Assembly: GCA_043797085.1 (NCBI GenBank)
Contig: JAZDQA010000009.1
Coordinates: 32,001-96,000, forward strand
Direction: 5' to 3'
Source of the DNA: Pseudomonadota bacterium
GTDB taxonomy: Bacteria > Campylobacterota > Campylobacteria > Campylobacterales > Sulfurimonadaceae
Length of the DNA stretch: 64,000 nucleotides
In this document: piece by piece, positions 21,497 through 31,218 of the stretch
Numbering within the stretch: the stretch's first letter is position 1
Layout of the letters: every line of letters starts with the position of its first letter
Translations under genes and position numbers: made by a program
Notes under the pieces: model-generated
Told to the model about the DNA's origin: nothing
The model's input: the letters and a program-made list of their open reading frames with translations, nothing else
Database searches by the model: none

Positions 21497-22291
21497 TTAT
21501 TCAATGGTCATTTTATTGACGACATTATTAACACCCTCAACATCTTCGGCAAGCTTTGTAACCAAATCACGTTCAGCATCATTTTTAGCTTGACCGCTCA
21601 GTGTCACAACAGCATTGTTAGTAGTAACACCGGTTCGGATGGCCCCTGTAGATTTGTGCATCATCAATGTCATTTTTACCTGAGCAGTGATCGAAGCATC
21701 ATCGATTTTTTCACCGATGGACTCATCTTGTTTTACCAGTGTCATTTCGTTCTTTACCTCTTTTACCCCTTCAACATCTTTGGCGTATTGAGTAGTCAGT
21801 TCTTTTTGGGCTTGACTGTTGGCTTTACCTTTGAGCGTAACCACTCCATTTTTTACCGATACTTCCGTTTTACGGGCATTGACATTGCGGTGAAATACGA
21901 GAGCTGTCTGCACTTTCATCTTAAGCCACGTATCGGACTTATCCTTTTTTATGACGATCTTATTGTCAACACTTTTGACCCCCGGTAACGCTTCAACCGT
22001 ATTCTGTGCCATCGGTATGTGTGATTCATCTAAAACATCACCGGATAAGGTAACGGCTCCATCTTTAGAGTTAATCACAATATGCTCATCTTTGAGATAC
22101 GTTTTGTAAACATAGCTTTTTTTAAATGATGATTCGATTTTATCGTCGGTATCCGATGCAAATAAGGGAACAGCCGTAGCGAATAAAACAGCCGCTGCCA
22201 TCGCAATATTCATCGTCGTTGAATAAGTCTTTTTTTGAGAGTTTGCTTGATTTTTTAAGCTTTGATTGGGAGAGGTTTTAATGAAATTCAT
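21497..22291 (-). CDS. Three-BON-domain (OsmY-like) periplasmic protein
   Basis: Three repeats of the form GxVTLxG...GVKxVxN; IDDASITAQVK. Confidence 0.9.
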   Translation of the reverse strand: MNFIKTSPNQSLKNQANSQKKTYSTTMNIAMAAAVLFATAVPLFASDTDDKIESSFKKSYVYKTYLKDEHIVINSKDGAVTLSGDVLDESHIPMAQNTVEALPGVKSVDNKIVIKKDKSDTWLKMKVQTALVFHRNVNARKTEVSVKNGVVTLKGKANSQAQKELTTQYAKDVEGVKEVKNEMTLVKQDESIGEKIDDASITAQVKMTLMMHKSTGAIRTGVTTNNAVVTLSGQAKNDAERDLVTKLAEDVEGVNNVVNKMTIE

Positions 22292-22560
22292 AATGGTTCC
22301 TTCACGTTGACTAATGTCTATCTAGAGAGCTACTCATTCTATTTCAAAATATCGTTTATACTGTTTTAGTTAATGCCTCCATGACACCATTTGCATAGGT
22401 CTTACTACAGTCATTGAGTACTTTCCCCTTAGGTGTACCCTAATATGCCCACTTGTTTATATACAGTATATCACTAAAATAGTATTTATAAGTTCTTAAT
22501 TTATATAATATAATTTTCTTATATTATATACAGCTCTCAAACGAAACACTCTTTCTCAAA

Positions 22561-22624
22561 CAGTATTAATACCCTCAAACATCTTCTGCAAGCTTTGTAA
22601 CAAAATCACATTCAGCATCTTTTT
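22561..22624 (-). pseudogene. Decayed fragment of the BON gene 3' end
   Basis: Aligns to 21523-21586 with a few substitutions and indels. Confidence 0.7.
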
Positions 22625-22747
22625 ATTACAAGTCAGAATGCTGTGTTTTGCTATTAACATAATAACTCCTTGGTATTTTTTTATACGGAGTTATTCTATA
22701 TTTTAATAATGATTTAATAATGATTTTTGCAAGTGAATACGTAACCC

Positions 22748-24241
22748 TTAATGCCCACCCATCACTTTTACAATTTCAGAGGGCTTATCGTGAATACCGA
22801 AACGGTCAATAATCGTCTGTGTTGCTTCGTTTTGTCCGATTACCTCGACCTCTTTGCCCATATTCCGCAGTTTGATCACTGCCTTATCGAGGGCGTAGAC
22901 AGCCGTAATATCCCAAAAGTGAGCGTGAGTTACATCGATAACCACATTTTTCACCTCTTCTTTGTAATCAAATTCATCGGCAAAACGATTGGCAGAGTTA
23001 AAAAATATTTGACCGACAAATTTATAGACACGGGTACTGCTCGTCTCTTCATACGATTTTTCACAATACATAAAGTGGCTGATTTTGTTCGCAAAAAAGA
23101 GTGCCGCGAGCAAGACACCGCTTAAAACACCGAGTGCAAGATTGTGGGTCGCAACGACCACGGCAGTTGTAGTGATCATAACAATATTGGTCGAAAGAGG
23201 CAACGTTTTAAGTCCTTTGACCGACGGCCAACTAAACGTCCCGATCGAGACCATAATCATAACCGCAACGAGTGCCGCCATCGGGATTTGTTTGATCAAA
23301 TCGGACATAAACACGACCATGATGAGAAGCAGTACCCCTGCCATCAAAGTCGAAAGACGACCGCGACCGCCCGATTTGACGTTGATAACCGATTGACCGA
23401 TCATCGCACATCCCGCCATACCTCCGACACATCCACTGGCGATGTTGGCGATCCCCTGCCCTTTGGCTTCGCGGTTTTTGTCGCTGTCGGTATCGGTCAT
23501 GTCATCGATGATTGTTGCCGTCATAAACGATTCAAGTAAACCTACCGCCGCCAATGCCGCAGAGTAGGGGAAAATAATGGCTAATGTCTCAAAATTTAAA
23601 GGAACATCCGGCCACAAAAAGATCGGCAAGGTATCGGGGAGTGCACCCATGTCGCCAACCGTGCGAACATCAATCCCCGTTGCTACCACAACAATGGTGA
23701 GGACGACAATCGTAACGAGCGGTGAGGGAATGAGTTTTCCGATTGTAGGGATATAGGGAAACAGATAGATGATCCCAAGCCCCGCTGCCGTAAGGGCATA
23801 GACGTGCCATGTGACATTGGTCAGCTCAGGAAGCTGTGCCATAAAGATCAGAATCGCCAATGCGTTCACAAATCCGATCACAACGGTACGGGAGACGAAA
23901 CTCATCAATACACCGAGTTTAATATAGCCAGCAAATATTTGCAATACCCCCGTCAAGAGGGTAGCCGCCATCAGGTACTGTAACCCGTGCTCTTTTACGA
24001 GGGTCACCATGAGCAATGCCATAGCCCCAGTAGCGGCAGAAATCATCCCGGCACGACCGCCTACGAATGCGATGACTGTCGCGATACAAAACGAGGCATA
24101 CAGCCCGATTTTGGGATCAACTCCCGCGATAATTGAAAAAGCAATCGCTTCAGGGATAAGGGCGAGGGCAACCACGATTCCGGCGAGGATATCGCCGCGA
24201 ATGTTACCAAACCACTCTTGTTTGGGGGATAATAATAGCAT
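22748..24241 (-). CDS. SulP-family inorganic anion transporter with STAS domain
   Basis: [33 protein letters not shown]-terminal STAS. Confidence 0.93.
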   Translation of the reverse strand: MLLLSPKQEWFGNIRGDILAGIVVALALIPEAIAFSIIAGVDPKIGLYASFCIATVIAFVGGRAGMISAATGAMALLMVTLVKEHGLQYLMAATLLTGVLQIFAGYIKLGVLMSFVSRTVVIGFVNALAILIFMAQLPELTNVTWHVYALTAAGLGIIYLFPYIPTIGKLIPSPLVTIVVLTIVVVATGIDVRTVGDMGALPDTLPIFLWPDVPLNFETLAIIFPYSAALAAVGLLESFMTATIIDDMTDTDSDKNREAKGQGIANIASGCVGGMAGCAMIGQSVINVKSGGRGRLSTLMAGVLLLIMVVFMSDLIKQIPMAALVAVMIMVSIGTFSWPSVKGLKTLPLSTNIVMITTTAVVVATHNLALGVLSGVLLAALFFANKISHFMYCEKSYEETSSTRVYKFVGQIFFNSANRFADEFDYKEEVKNVVIDVTHAHFWDITAVYALDKAVIKLRNMGKEVEVIGQNEATQTIIDRFGIHDKPSEIVKVMGGH

Positions 24242-24376
24242 TTAGACTCCATAAAATTAGAAATATGCAAAAAAGCTCGAAGATAAATATCATAAGAAAA
24301 AAGAGGTTTTGCAGTGTTTAAAGTATGCTATTATATACAAAAGTTACTTTGATATCTAACGAGAAAGGGAGCGTAT

Positions 24377-26905
24377 ATGCAGATTCCAAATTCACCATGG
24401 TCAAAGCCCATAGACTCTCTCATGGGAGAACTAGAGAGCTCTCGGGAGGGGCTTGACGCCAACGAAGCAGAAAATCGCTACAAACAATTCGGTTCCAATT
24501 CCCTGATGGTGGAGGAGCGTTCCAAACTCACCATGTTGATTTCTCAATTCGCCAGTCCTATCGTCCTCATTCTCATTGCTGCAGGAATTATCAGTTTCGC
24601 CATGGAACATACCAAAGACGGAATTATCATCCTCGCTATTCTTATCATCAATGCACTGCTGGGATTTTATCAGGAGCTTAAAGCCGAAACCTCTATTCGT
24701 GCACTCCAGCGGCTAACCGAAAATCATGTGCGGGTATTGCGCAGCGGGATTGAGACACGGCTCCCCTCTCATCAACTCGTCCCCGGAGACATCATCTTGC
24801 TCGGCGAAGGGGATCTCGTCCCTGCCGATGCGCGTCTGATAGAATCTCATGCTCTCCAAGTGGATGAAGCGGTACTCACAGGAGAATCGCTCCCTTGTGA
24901 TAAATCAGCCGACTCGGATGTCAGCCCCGAAGCCCCTATGTATGAACGGCTTAACTCACTCTATTCCGGAACCTCTATCTTACGGGGAAAAACAACCGCT
25001 CTCGTGTGCGCCACCGCCGAATGGACTGAAATGGCAAAAATTGCGGAAGCGGCACAAAAAATATCCCCCGAATCTCCCTTGACCCGCTCAATGCGCCATT
25101 TTTCAAAACAGCTGCTGATCGTTATCGTCATCATTCTCTTTATTCTCGGTGCCTTTGCGATCGCCCAAGGACGCAGTGTCGATGAGATGGTCTCCTTTCT
25201 CCTCGCGCAACTCGTCTCCGCCGTCCCTGAGGGGCTTCCGATCGTTATTACCCTTATTCTGGCAATAGGTGCCTATCGTCTCAGTCAGCACAAAATTCTG
25301 GTACGCCATCTCCCCTCCGTCGAATCGCTTGGAAGTGCCACCGTTATCGCCACCGATAAAACGGGAACCATTACCGAGGGGATTCTATCCGTCAAAAAGA
25401 CGATGATACTCGATGAAGAGGAGCTTCTGCGCTGTGCGGCACTCTGTAATGACTCGTACGATGGGAAAGGGGATGGTATCGATGTCGCTCTCGCCCAATG
25501 GCTAGGAGAGAATTACCTGTCCCTGCGAGAGCAATTTGAAAGACTCTACTATCATCCTTTTGATCCCATCACGAGAATGATGGGGACGATCAACCGTATC
25601 GACACAGCAGAAAAACTCTATCTCAAAGGAGCCTACGAAGCCCTCCTTCCCCTCGCCCAAAACACCCCTGAGCAACTCGAAAATCTGCAAAAATCCCACG
25701 ATAGTATGGCATCCAAAGGGTTACGTGTTTTAGCCTTCGGTGTAAGTGATCAGCACTGGGAAGATCCCGTCCATGCACCGACACGTATCGTAGGGCTCAT
25801 CGCGTTCGCCGACCGTCCCAAAGCGGATGCAGCAGAGGCGATTAACTTAGCCAAACGTGCCGGAATTCGCCTCATTATGATTACCGGAGACAACCCTATC
25901 ACCGCCGAAGTGATCGCCTCTGAAGTGGGATTGAACCACACAGGACAAAAGATTCTCACAGGAGCGGAAATCGACACTCTAAGCGATGAGGATCTCACAA
26001 AGCGCTTAGAACACACGGGGGTGATAGCCCGCGCTATGCCGGAGCACAAATACCGAATCGTCCAACTTCTCCAAAAACAAGGGGAAATCGTTGCCGTCAC
26101 GGGAGATGGGGTAAACGATGTCCCCGCCCTCAAAGCAGCCGATTTAGGGATTGCTATGGGGAATGGAAGCGAAGCGGCAAAAGCATCGTCTAAAATGGTG
26201 CTCGTCGATAACAATCTGGGAGTCATTGTCGATGCGATCCGCCAAGGGCGTGTCATCAGCGACAATCTGCGCAAAGTCCTCTTTTATCTCCTCTCCACCT
26301 CACTAGGAGAGATCATCCTCATCAGCATGGCTATTTTGATGGCATTACCCCTCCCCCTTCATCCGACCCAAATACTATGGGTCAATATCGTCACCGACGG
26401 TATGTGTGACAAAACTTTTGCCATGTGTGCAGAAGAGGAAGATGTGATGAAGCGTCCCCTTAGAGCTGCGGGAAAACAGTTTTTTGATAGAGCGATGCTG
26501 TTTCGGCTGGGATGGTTTGCGCTCGTCACCGCCAGCGTCACCATGGGATTATTCATCACGCTTCACACCCATAACTACCCGTATGAGGTTATCCTTAGTG
26601 CTACGTTTACCACCGTCGTTGCCGCCCAATGGATCACCGCCGTCTTAGCCCAAAAAGAGTCAGAACCCTTTTTGAAAAACATTCGCCGCAGCCTCACCAT
26701 CAACCCTTGGATCTGGGGCGGAATATCGCTGGGTATAGTACTCCAAGGAGTCGCCCTCTATCTTTTGCCGGAGTGGTTTCATGTCGTCCCTCCCAGCGGA
26801 GAAATACTCGGCTATGTCGGTATAGCACTGATCGCTATTTTTGTTTTGGATGAGGGGTACAAATGGATGGAATACGCCAGAAGTAGGGATCGGCTTCAGC
26901 GATGA
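24377..26905 (+). CDS. Cation-transporting P-type ATPase (type II-like)
   Basis: LTGES, PEGLP, DKTGT, TGDN, GDGVND. Confidence 0.95.
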   Translation: MQIPNSPWSKPIDSLMGELESSREGLDANEAENRYKQFGSNSLMVEERSKLTMLISQFASPIVLILIAAGIISFAMEHTKDGIIILAILIINALLGFYQELKAETSIRALQRLTENHVRVLRSGIETRLPSHQLVPGDIILLGEGDLVPADARLIESHALQVDEAVLTGESLPCDKSADSDVSPEAPMYERLNSLYSGTSILRGKTTALVCATAEWTEMAKIAEAAQKISPESPLTRSMRHFSKQLLIVIVIILFILGAFAIAQGRSVDEMVSFLLAQLVSAVPEGLPIVITLILAIGAYRLSQHKILVRHLPSVESLGSATVIATDKTGTITEGILSVKKTMILDEEELLRCAALCNDSYDGKGDGIDVALAQWLGENYLSLREQFERLYYHPFDPITRMMGTINRIDTAEKLYLKGAYEALLPLAQNTPEQLENLQKSHDSMASKGLRVLAFGVSDQHWEDPVHAPTRIVGLIAFADRPKADAAEAINLAKRAGIRLIMITGDNPITAEVIASEVGLNHTGQKILTGAEIDTLSDEDLTKRLEHTGVIARAMPEHKYRIVQLLQKQGEIVAVTGDGVNDVPALKAADLGIAMGNGSEAAKASSKMVLVDNNLGVIVDAIRQGRVISDNLRKVLFYLLSTSLGEIILISMAILMALPLPLHPTQILWVNIVTDGMCDKTFAMCAEEEDVMKRPLRAAGKQFFDRAMLFRLGWFALVTASVTMGLFITLHTHNYPYEVILSATFTTVVAAQWITAVLAQKESEPFLKNIRRSLTINPWIWGGISLGIVLQGVALYLLPEWFHVVPPSGEILGYVGIALIAIFVLDEGYKWMEYARSRDRLQR

Positions 26906-26968
26906 TATCGCCGTGAATGTTGCCAAACCACTCTTATTTAGGAGATAAAAACACAATAGAAGCTCCAT
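26899..26968 (-). pseudogene. Remnant of the sulP 5' end
   Basis: 70-bp ungapped match to 24183-24252; start ATG changed to ATT and CAA changed to TAA. Confidence 0.75.
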
Positions 26969-27082
26969 TTTTTGAATACCGATACACTGAGTAGCAAATC
27001 ATTTAAAACTTTGTAACAGAATATCTTTGACTAAACACAATTAAGGTAGAATCTTTGATAATTACAACATAAAGGACCAAAT

Positions 27083-27334
27083 ATGTTTTTTGAAAGTATA
27101 AAAATCATGCTTCTTGGTATGGGAACCGTTTTTTTGTTCCTGATTATCATGGTGTATGTCACCAAAGTTATGTCCAAAATAATTCAGCGATATTTTCCTG
27201 ATGCACCTAAAATACCGGAACCTGTACGTACAGCAGTACCGGTAAAGTCTTCTGATAACAAAGCCAAAGTTGCGGCATTAGTAGCCACGATGTATCATAA
27301 CCAATTGATGAATGCGGAGAAAAATAATGGATAA
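27083..27334 (+). CDS. oadG: Na+-translocating decarboxylase gamma subunit
   Basis: [14 protein letters not shown] helix, Pro-rich linker, VAALVA. Confidence 0.85.
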   Translation: MFFESIKIMLLGMGTVFLFLIIMVYVTKVMSKIIQRYFPDAPKIPEPVRTAVPVKSSDNKAKVAALVATMYHNQLMNAEKNNG

Positions 27335-28694
27335 TATGAAACGATTGTTTTTCTCTTTGTGTATGATGTTCGCCGTATCTTTATCGGCTATGGATTCCCA
27401 AAGCACTGCTGCAGCTGATATGAACAGTACAGCAGGACTCACCGTAAGTGCGGATCAAAAATCGACATTTCGTGAAGAGACGTATCAACCGATGTCGTTT
27501 GGTGTTATGATGACCAATTTTTACAACACGACAGGAATCAGTGCGCTAATTACCCCAAAAGAGGGAACGTTAACCTCTTCGGGCAAGCCCATGAGTGATT
27601 TTCATCAAACATGGGGACGGGTCATTATGATTCTCGTCACTTTTTTACTCTTTTATTTGGCAATTGCCAAAGGGTTCGAACCGCTTTTGCTTTTGCCCAT
27701 AGCGTTTGGGGGATTGCTCGCGAATGTCCCTATCGCCAATATCGCAGGTCCTGACGGATTTTTAGGGATACTGTATCACATGGGAATCTCCAATGGACTT
27801 TTCCCGCTTCTCATTTTTATGGGCGTTGGGGCTATGACCGATTTTGGTCCTTTGCTTGCCAATCCAAAGCTTGCTCTTTTAGGGGGGGCGGCTCAATTTG
27901 GTATTTTCGGAACATTGGTCGGTGCGTATGCCCTCAGCCAGTTTACGGATGTCTTTAATTTTACATTGCAACAATCAGCCGCCATCAGTATTATTGGTGG
28001 GGCAGACGGTCCAACCTCTATTTTCATCGCTTCTACCTTGGCACCCGAGCTTTTAGGAGCCATTGCGGTTGCATCGTATTCGTATATGGCGCTGGTTCCA
28101 ATCATTCAGCCTCCTATTATGCGCTTATTGACAACAGTGGAAGAGCGAAAAATTCGTATGCCAGCAACACGTCGTGTCAACCGTATGGAAAAACTCATTT
28201 TCCCACTCGCAGTATTGGTATTGATTATTCTCATTCTTCCCGATGCAGCTCCTTTGGTAGGTGCATTTGCGTTAGGTAACTTTTTTAAAGAAGCCGGAGT
28301 CGTTGATCGTTTGAGCGATACAATGCAGCATGCTTTGATTAATATTGTCACGATATTTCTAGGACTTGGCGTAGGATCAAAGCTGGCTTCAGATCAGTTT
28401 TTAGTTGTGGATACGTTAGCGATTTTAGTTCTTGGTCTTTTAGCTTTCTCGGTTGGTACGGCTGCGGGAGTTTTGATGGCGAAATTTATGAACCTCTTCA
28501 CGAAAGACAAGATCAATCCACTTATCGGTTCAGCAGGTGTTTCAGCGGTTCCGATGGCGGCGCGTGTGTCGCAAAAAGAGGGGATGAAATCCGATCCTTC
28601 CAATATGCTTTTAATGCATGCTATGGGTCCAAACGTTGCAGGTGTCATCGGTTCTGCTGTTGCCGCAGGTGTTATGATCGCACTTTTTAAATAA
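27327..28694 (+). CDS. oadB: Na+-translocating decarboxylase beta subunit
   Basis: [42 protein letters not shown]. Confidence 0.95.
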   Translation: MDNMKRLFFSLCMMFAVSLSAMDSQSTAAADMNSTAGLTVSADQKSTFREETYQPMSFGVMMTNFYNTTGISALITPKEGTLTSSGKPMSDFHQTWGRVIMILVTFLLFYLAIAKGFEPLLLLPIAFGGLLANVPIANIAGPDGFLGILYHMGISNGLFPLLIFMGVGAMTDFGPLLANPKLALLGGAAQFGIFGTLVGAYALSQFTDVFNFTLQQSAAISIIGGADGPTSIFIASTLAPELLGAIAVASYSYMALVPIIQPPIMRLLTTVEERKIRMPATRRVNRMEKLIFPLAVLVLIILILPDAAPLVGAFALGNFFKEAGVVDRLSDTMQHALINIVTIFLGLGVGSKLASDQFLVVDTLAILVLGLLAFSVGTAAGVLMAKFMNLFTKDKINPLIGSAGVSAVPMAARVSQKEGMKSDPSNMLLMHAMGPNVAGVIGSAVAAGVMIALFK

Positions 28695-28726
28695 TATTTT
28701 GCGACGCTAAAAAGGAGTTGCCGCGA

Positions 28727-30091
28727 ATGAACACTATTGAAGAGCATCGTATTTGGCTTCGAGTCAAAGAGATTCTAAAAGATCGTCTCCACATTACGGA
28801 AGATAAAGCGGATGATGATGTGATTGATGAACGGATTCGCGGCGACATCTATATGAAAGGATCGAATCTCTGGATTTTGATGTTTGCCATTCTCATTGCA
28901 TCCATCGGTTTGAACGTAAACTCTACCGCCGTCATCATAGGTGCAATGTTAATCTCTCCTCTTATGGGACCGATTATGGGGATCGGATACGGTGCCGGTA
29001 TTAACGACTTTGCCCTCATTCGCCGCGCTTTTAAAAATTTAGCCATTGCAACTTTAATCGCTCTTTTGACTTCTACTCTCTATTTCTGGATCTCACCTCT
29101 CGATACGGCTCAATCCGAATTATTAGCACGCACAACGCCTACCGTCTGGGATGTACTAATAGGACTTTTCGGCGGATTAGCCGGGATCGTTGCCGTGACA
29201 CGAAAAGAAAAAACCAATGTTATCCCCGGTGTTGCGATCGCAACAGCCCTCATGCCTCCATTATGTACCGCCGGATTTGGTCTTGCAACAGGGCATTGGA
29301 GCTATTTTTTCGGAGCATTTTATCTTTATACGATTAATTTTGTATTTATTGCTTTATCCGCATTTTTCATCGTTCGCGTTATTCATATTGCAGAAAAAAA
29401 ATACGTTGATCCTGCTGTTGCAAAACGGGCACAGCGCTATATCGTCGCGATAGCGATTGCTACAATGCTTCCAAGCTCGTATCTGGCGTATCAACTGGTA
29501 GGCGAAGAAGTATTCAAAGCCAAAGCTTCCACCTTTGTAAATGAGAATCTTAATTTTGTCAAAACCAACGTTGCTCAGGTAAAAATCGATCCAAAAACGT
29601 ATGAAATAAAAGTCTTTTTAATCGGAGAGCATATTCCTGAAAATAAACTCAATGATATCAGTATCCGTATGGCAAAGGCGGGATTAGCAAAGGCACAGCT
29701 AAAAGTGTATCAAAACGGTGAGCGTGATGATGTCGATATCTCCACGCTTAAAGCGGATATTGTGACCGATTTATATAAAAATGCTCAAACAAAACTCGAA
29801 GTGAAAGAAAAAGAGATTTCACAATTAAAAGAGCATCTCCAAGCAACCTCTGCCCATAAAGATCTTTACCGTGCCATTCCCGATGAGTTACAGACACTGT
29901 TTCCTAAAATAACAAAGTGTGTTCTCTCAGAAACGTACAGTTCAAATACCACGGATCAGAATATGAGCATCAATCATCTTATACTTAACGTTGAGGTCAA
30001 GAAAGCTTTAACGAAAAATGAGCGGGATGTGATCGAAAAATGGCTCAAGAAGCGCACTGACAACAAAAATGTGACTATCTTTTTTCTATAA
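28727..30091 (+). CDS. DUF389-family membrane protein
   Basis: NSTAVIIGAMLISPLMGP, IPGVAIATALMPPLC. Confidence 0.88.
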   Translation: MNTIEEHRIWLRVKEILKDRLHITEDKADDDVIDERIRGDIYMKGSNLWILMFAILIASIGLNVNSTAVIIGAMLISPLMGPIMGIGYGAGINDFALIRRAFKNLAIATLIALLTSTLYFWISPLDTAQSELLARTTPTVWDVLIGLFGGLAGIVAVTRKEKTNVIPGVAIATALMPPLCTAGFGLATGHWSYFFGAFYLYTINFVFIALSAFFIVRVIHIAEKKYVDPAVAKRAQRYIVAIAIATMLPSSYLAYQLVGEEVFKAKASTFVNENLNFVKTNVAQVKIDPKTYEIKVFLIGEHIPENKLNDISIRMAKAGLAKAQLKVYQNGERDDVDISTLKADIVTDLYKNAQTKLEVKEKEISQLKEHLQATSAHKDLYRAIPDELQTLFPKITKCVLSETYSSNTTDQNMSINHLILNVEVKKALTKNERDVIEKWLKKRTDNKNVTIFFL

Positions 30092-30264
30092 AAAAGTGCA
30101 TTTACCGATTGTTTACTAAACAGTTATAGTATATATTTATTGGATATCAAGAGCAGGGTATCCGGTATTTTTTTCATTTGTAAAACTCCTTAAATAACAT
30201 TCTTCTCTTCTTCAGCAGTGAAGAGAAGACTTATTTCTTACTTCTTACCTTCAATCAAATCCCA

Positions 30265-31014
30265 TCATCCCGCTTGAAGGGCAATGACATGATCAACATT
30301 CTCATAGGTATATTCCAGAAAAATATTATTTCCTTTTGATGCCGCAATGACGGCCATTCTATCCGCAAGTTCATTCCCCTCAACTCCGGCATGTCCTCGA
30401 ACATGTGAGATAATAACTTTCTCTTTGATGCCGTCATAAAGGGCATGCGCGGTTTTGATCAGATCGAGATTTTTAATCTCTCCTCCTTGTTTGGTCCAGC
30501 CCTTCGCTTTCCATCCGTATGCCCAATTCACCACACACTCGATACTGTATTTGGAATCCGATAAAATCGCCACCTTGTCATGCTGGGCTTCAACTGCAAG
30601 CTCAAGCGCTTTTAGCAAAGCTTTTAATTCTGCGGTATTATTGGTTCCGATGACATCCGCCCCACCGTACATGAGAACCGGTTTCTTTTCATCTTCATAG
30701 ATAGCCAATCCGCTTCCTGCTTTTCCGGGATTTCCAGAACATGCTCCGTCACAATAGATACGCAAACGAATGCCGTCCGTTGAGACTGATGGAGCATCAC
30801 TCTTGGACGCATTACTCGTTTTTTTCTTTGGTGCTGTCTTTGCGGCTCTTGTTGTTAAAGCGTTTGATCCAAAAGCTTCTTCGGCTTCATCTTTAGTCTT
30901 ATAGCTTTTATAGACAGCTCCTGCGAATTTATCGACCTGTCGTAAACACTCCGCCCATGTTGTGTAGATTCCGGGATTTCTTCCTTGCTTAACTACGTAA
31001 AATTTATCTGCCAT
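30265..31014 (-). CDS. rnhA: Ribonuclease HI with N-terminal hybrid-binding (caulimovirus viroplasmin-like) domain
   Basis: KFYVVKQGRNPGIYTTWAEC; YCDGACSGNPG, TNNTAEL, DSKY, HVRGHAGVEGNELAD. Confidence 0.92.
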   Translation of the reverse strand: MADKFYVVKQGRNPGIYTTWAECLRQVDKFAGAVYKSYKTKDEAEEAFGSNALTTRAAKTAPKKKTSNASKSDAPSVSTDGIRLRIYCDGACSGNPGKAGSGLAIYEDEKKPVLMYGGADVIGTNNTAELKALLKALELAVEAQHDKVAILSDSKYSIECVVNWAYGWKAKGWTKQGGEIKNLDLIKTAHALYDGIKEKVIISHVRGHAGVEGNELADRMAVIAASKGNNIFLEYTYENVDHVIALQAG

Positions 31015-31055
31015 TTTAGTATTCCTTATCTATCATAATGTATCAAAAGTCTTAA

Positions 31056-31196
31056 CTGACCTTTCACACATTGAGGGGTTTTTTTGAAAATTCAAAAATA
31101 CATACGCTAAATGATGTAAACTAAAAGCACCACCGTTTCATAACGAATGAAGTTTAGAGTTGAATTTTCAAAAAAATCCCTCAATGTGTTTATCAA
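31056..31196 (+). mobile_element. MITE-like element copy 2 (141 bp)
   Basis: Same core as 7212-7355; flanks GTCTTAA / ATCTTAA (6/7). Confidence 0.8.
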
Positions 31197-31218
31197 ATCT
31201 TAACGAATTCTGTATGCA

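Noticed and set aside
27882..27888. G7 tract in oadB as a phase-variation site
   Set aside because: Short, in frame, and encodes the conserved LGGAAQFG motif.
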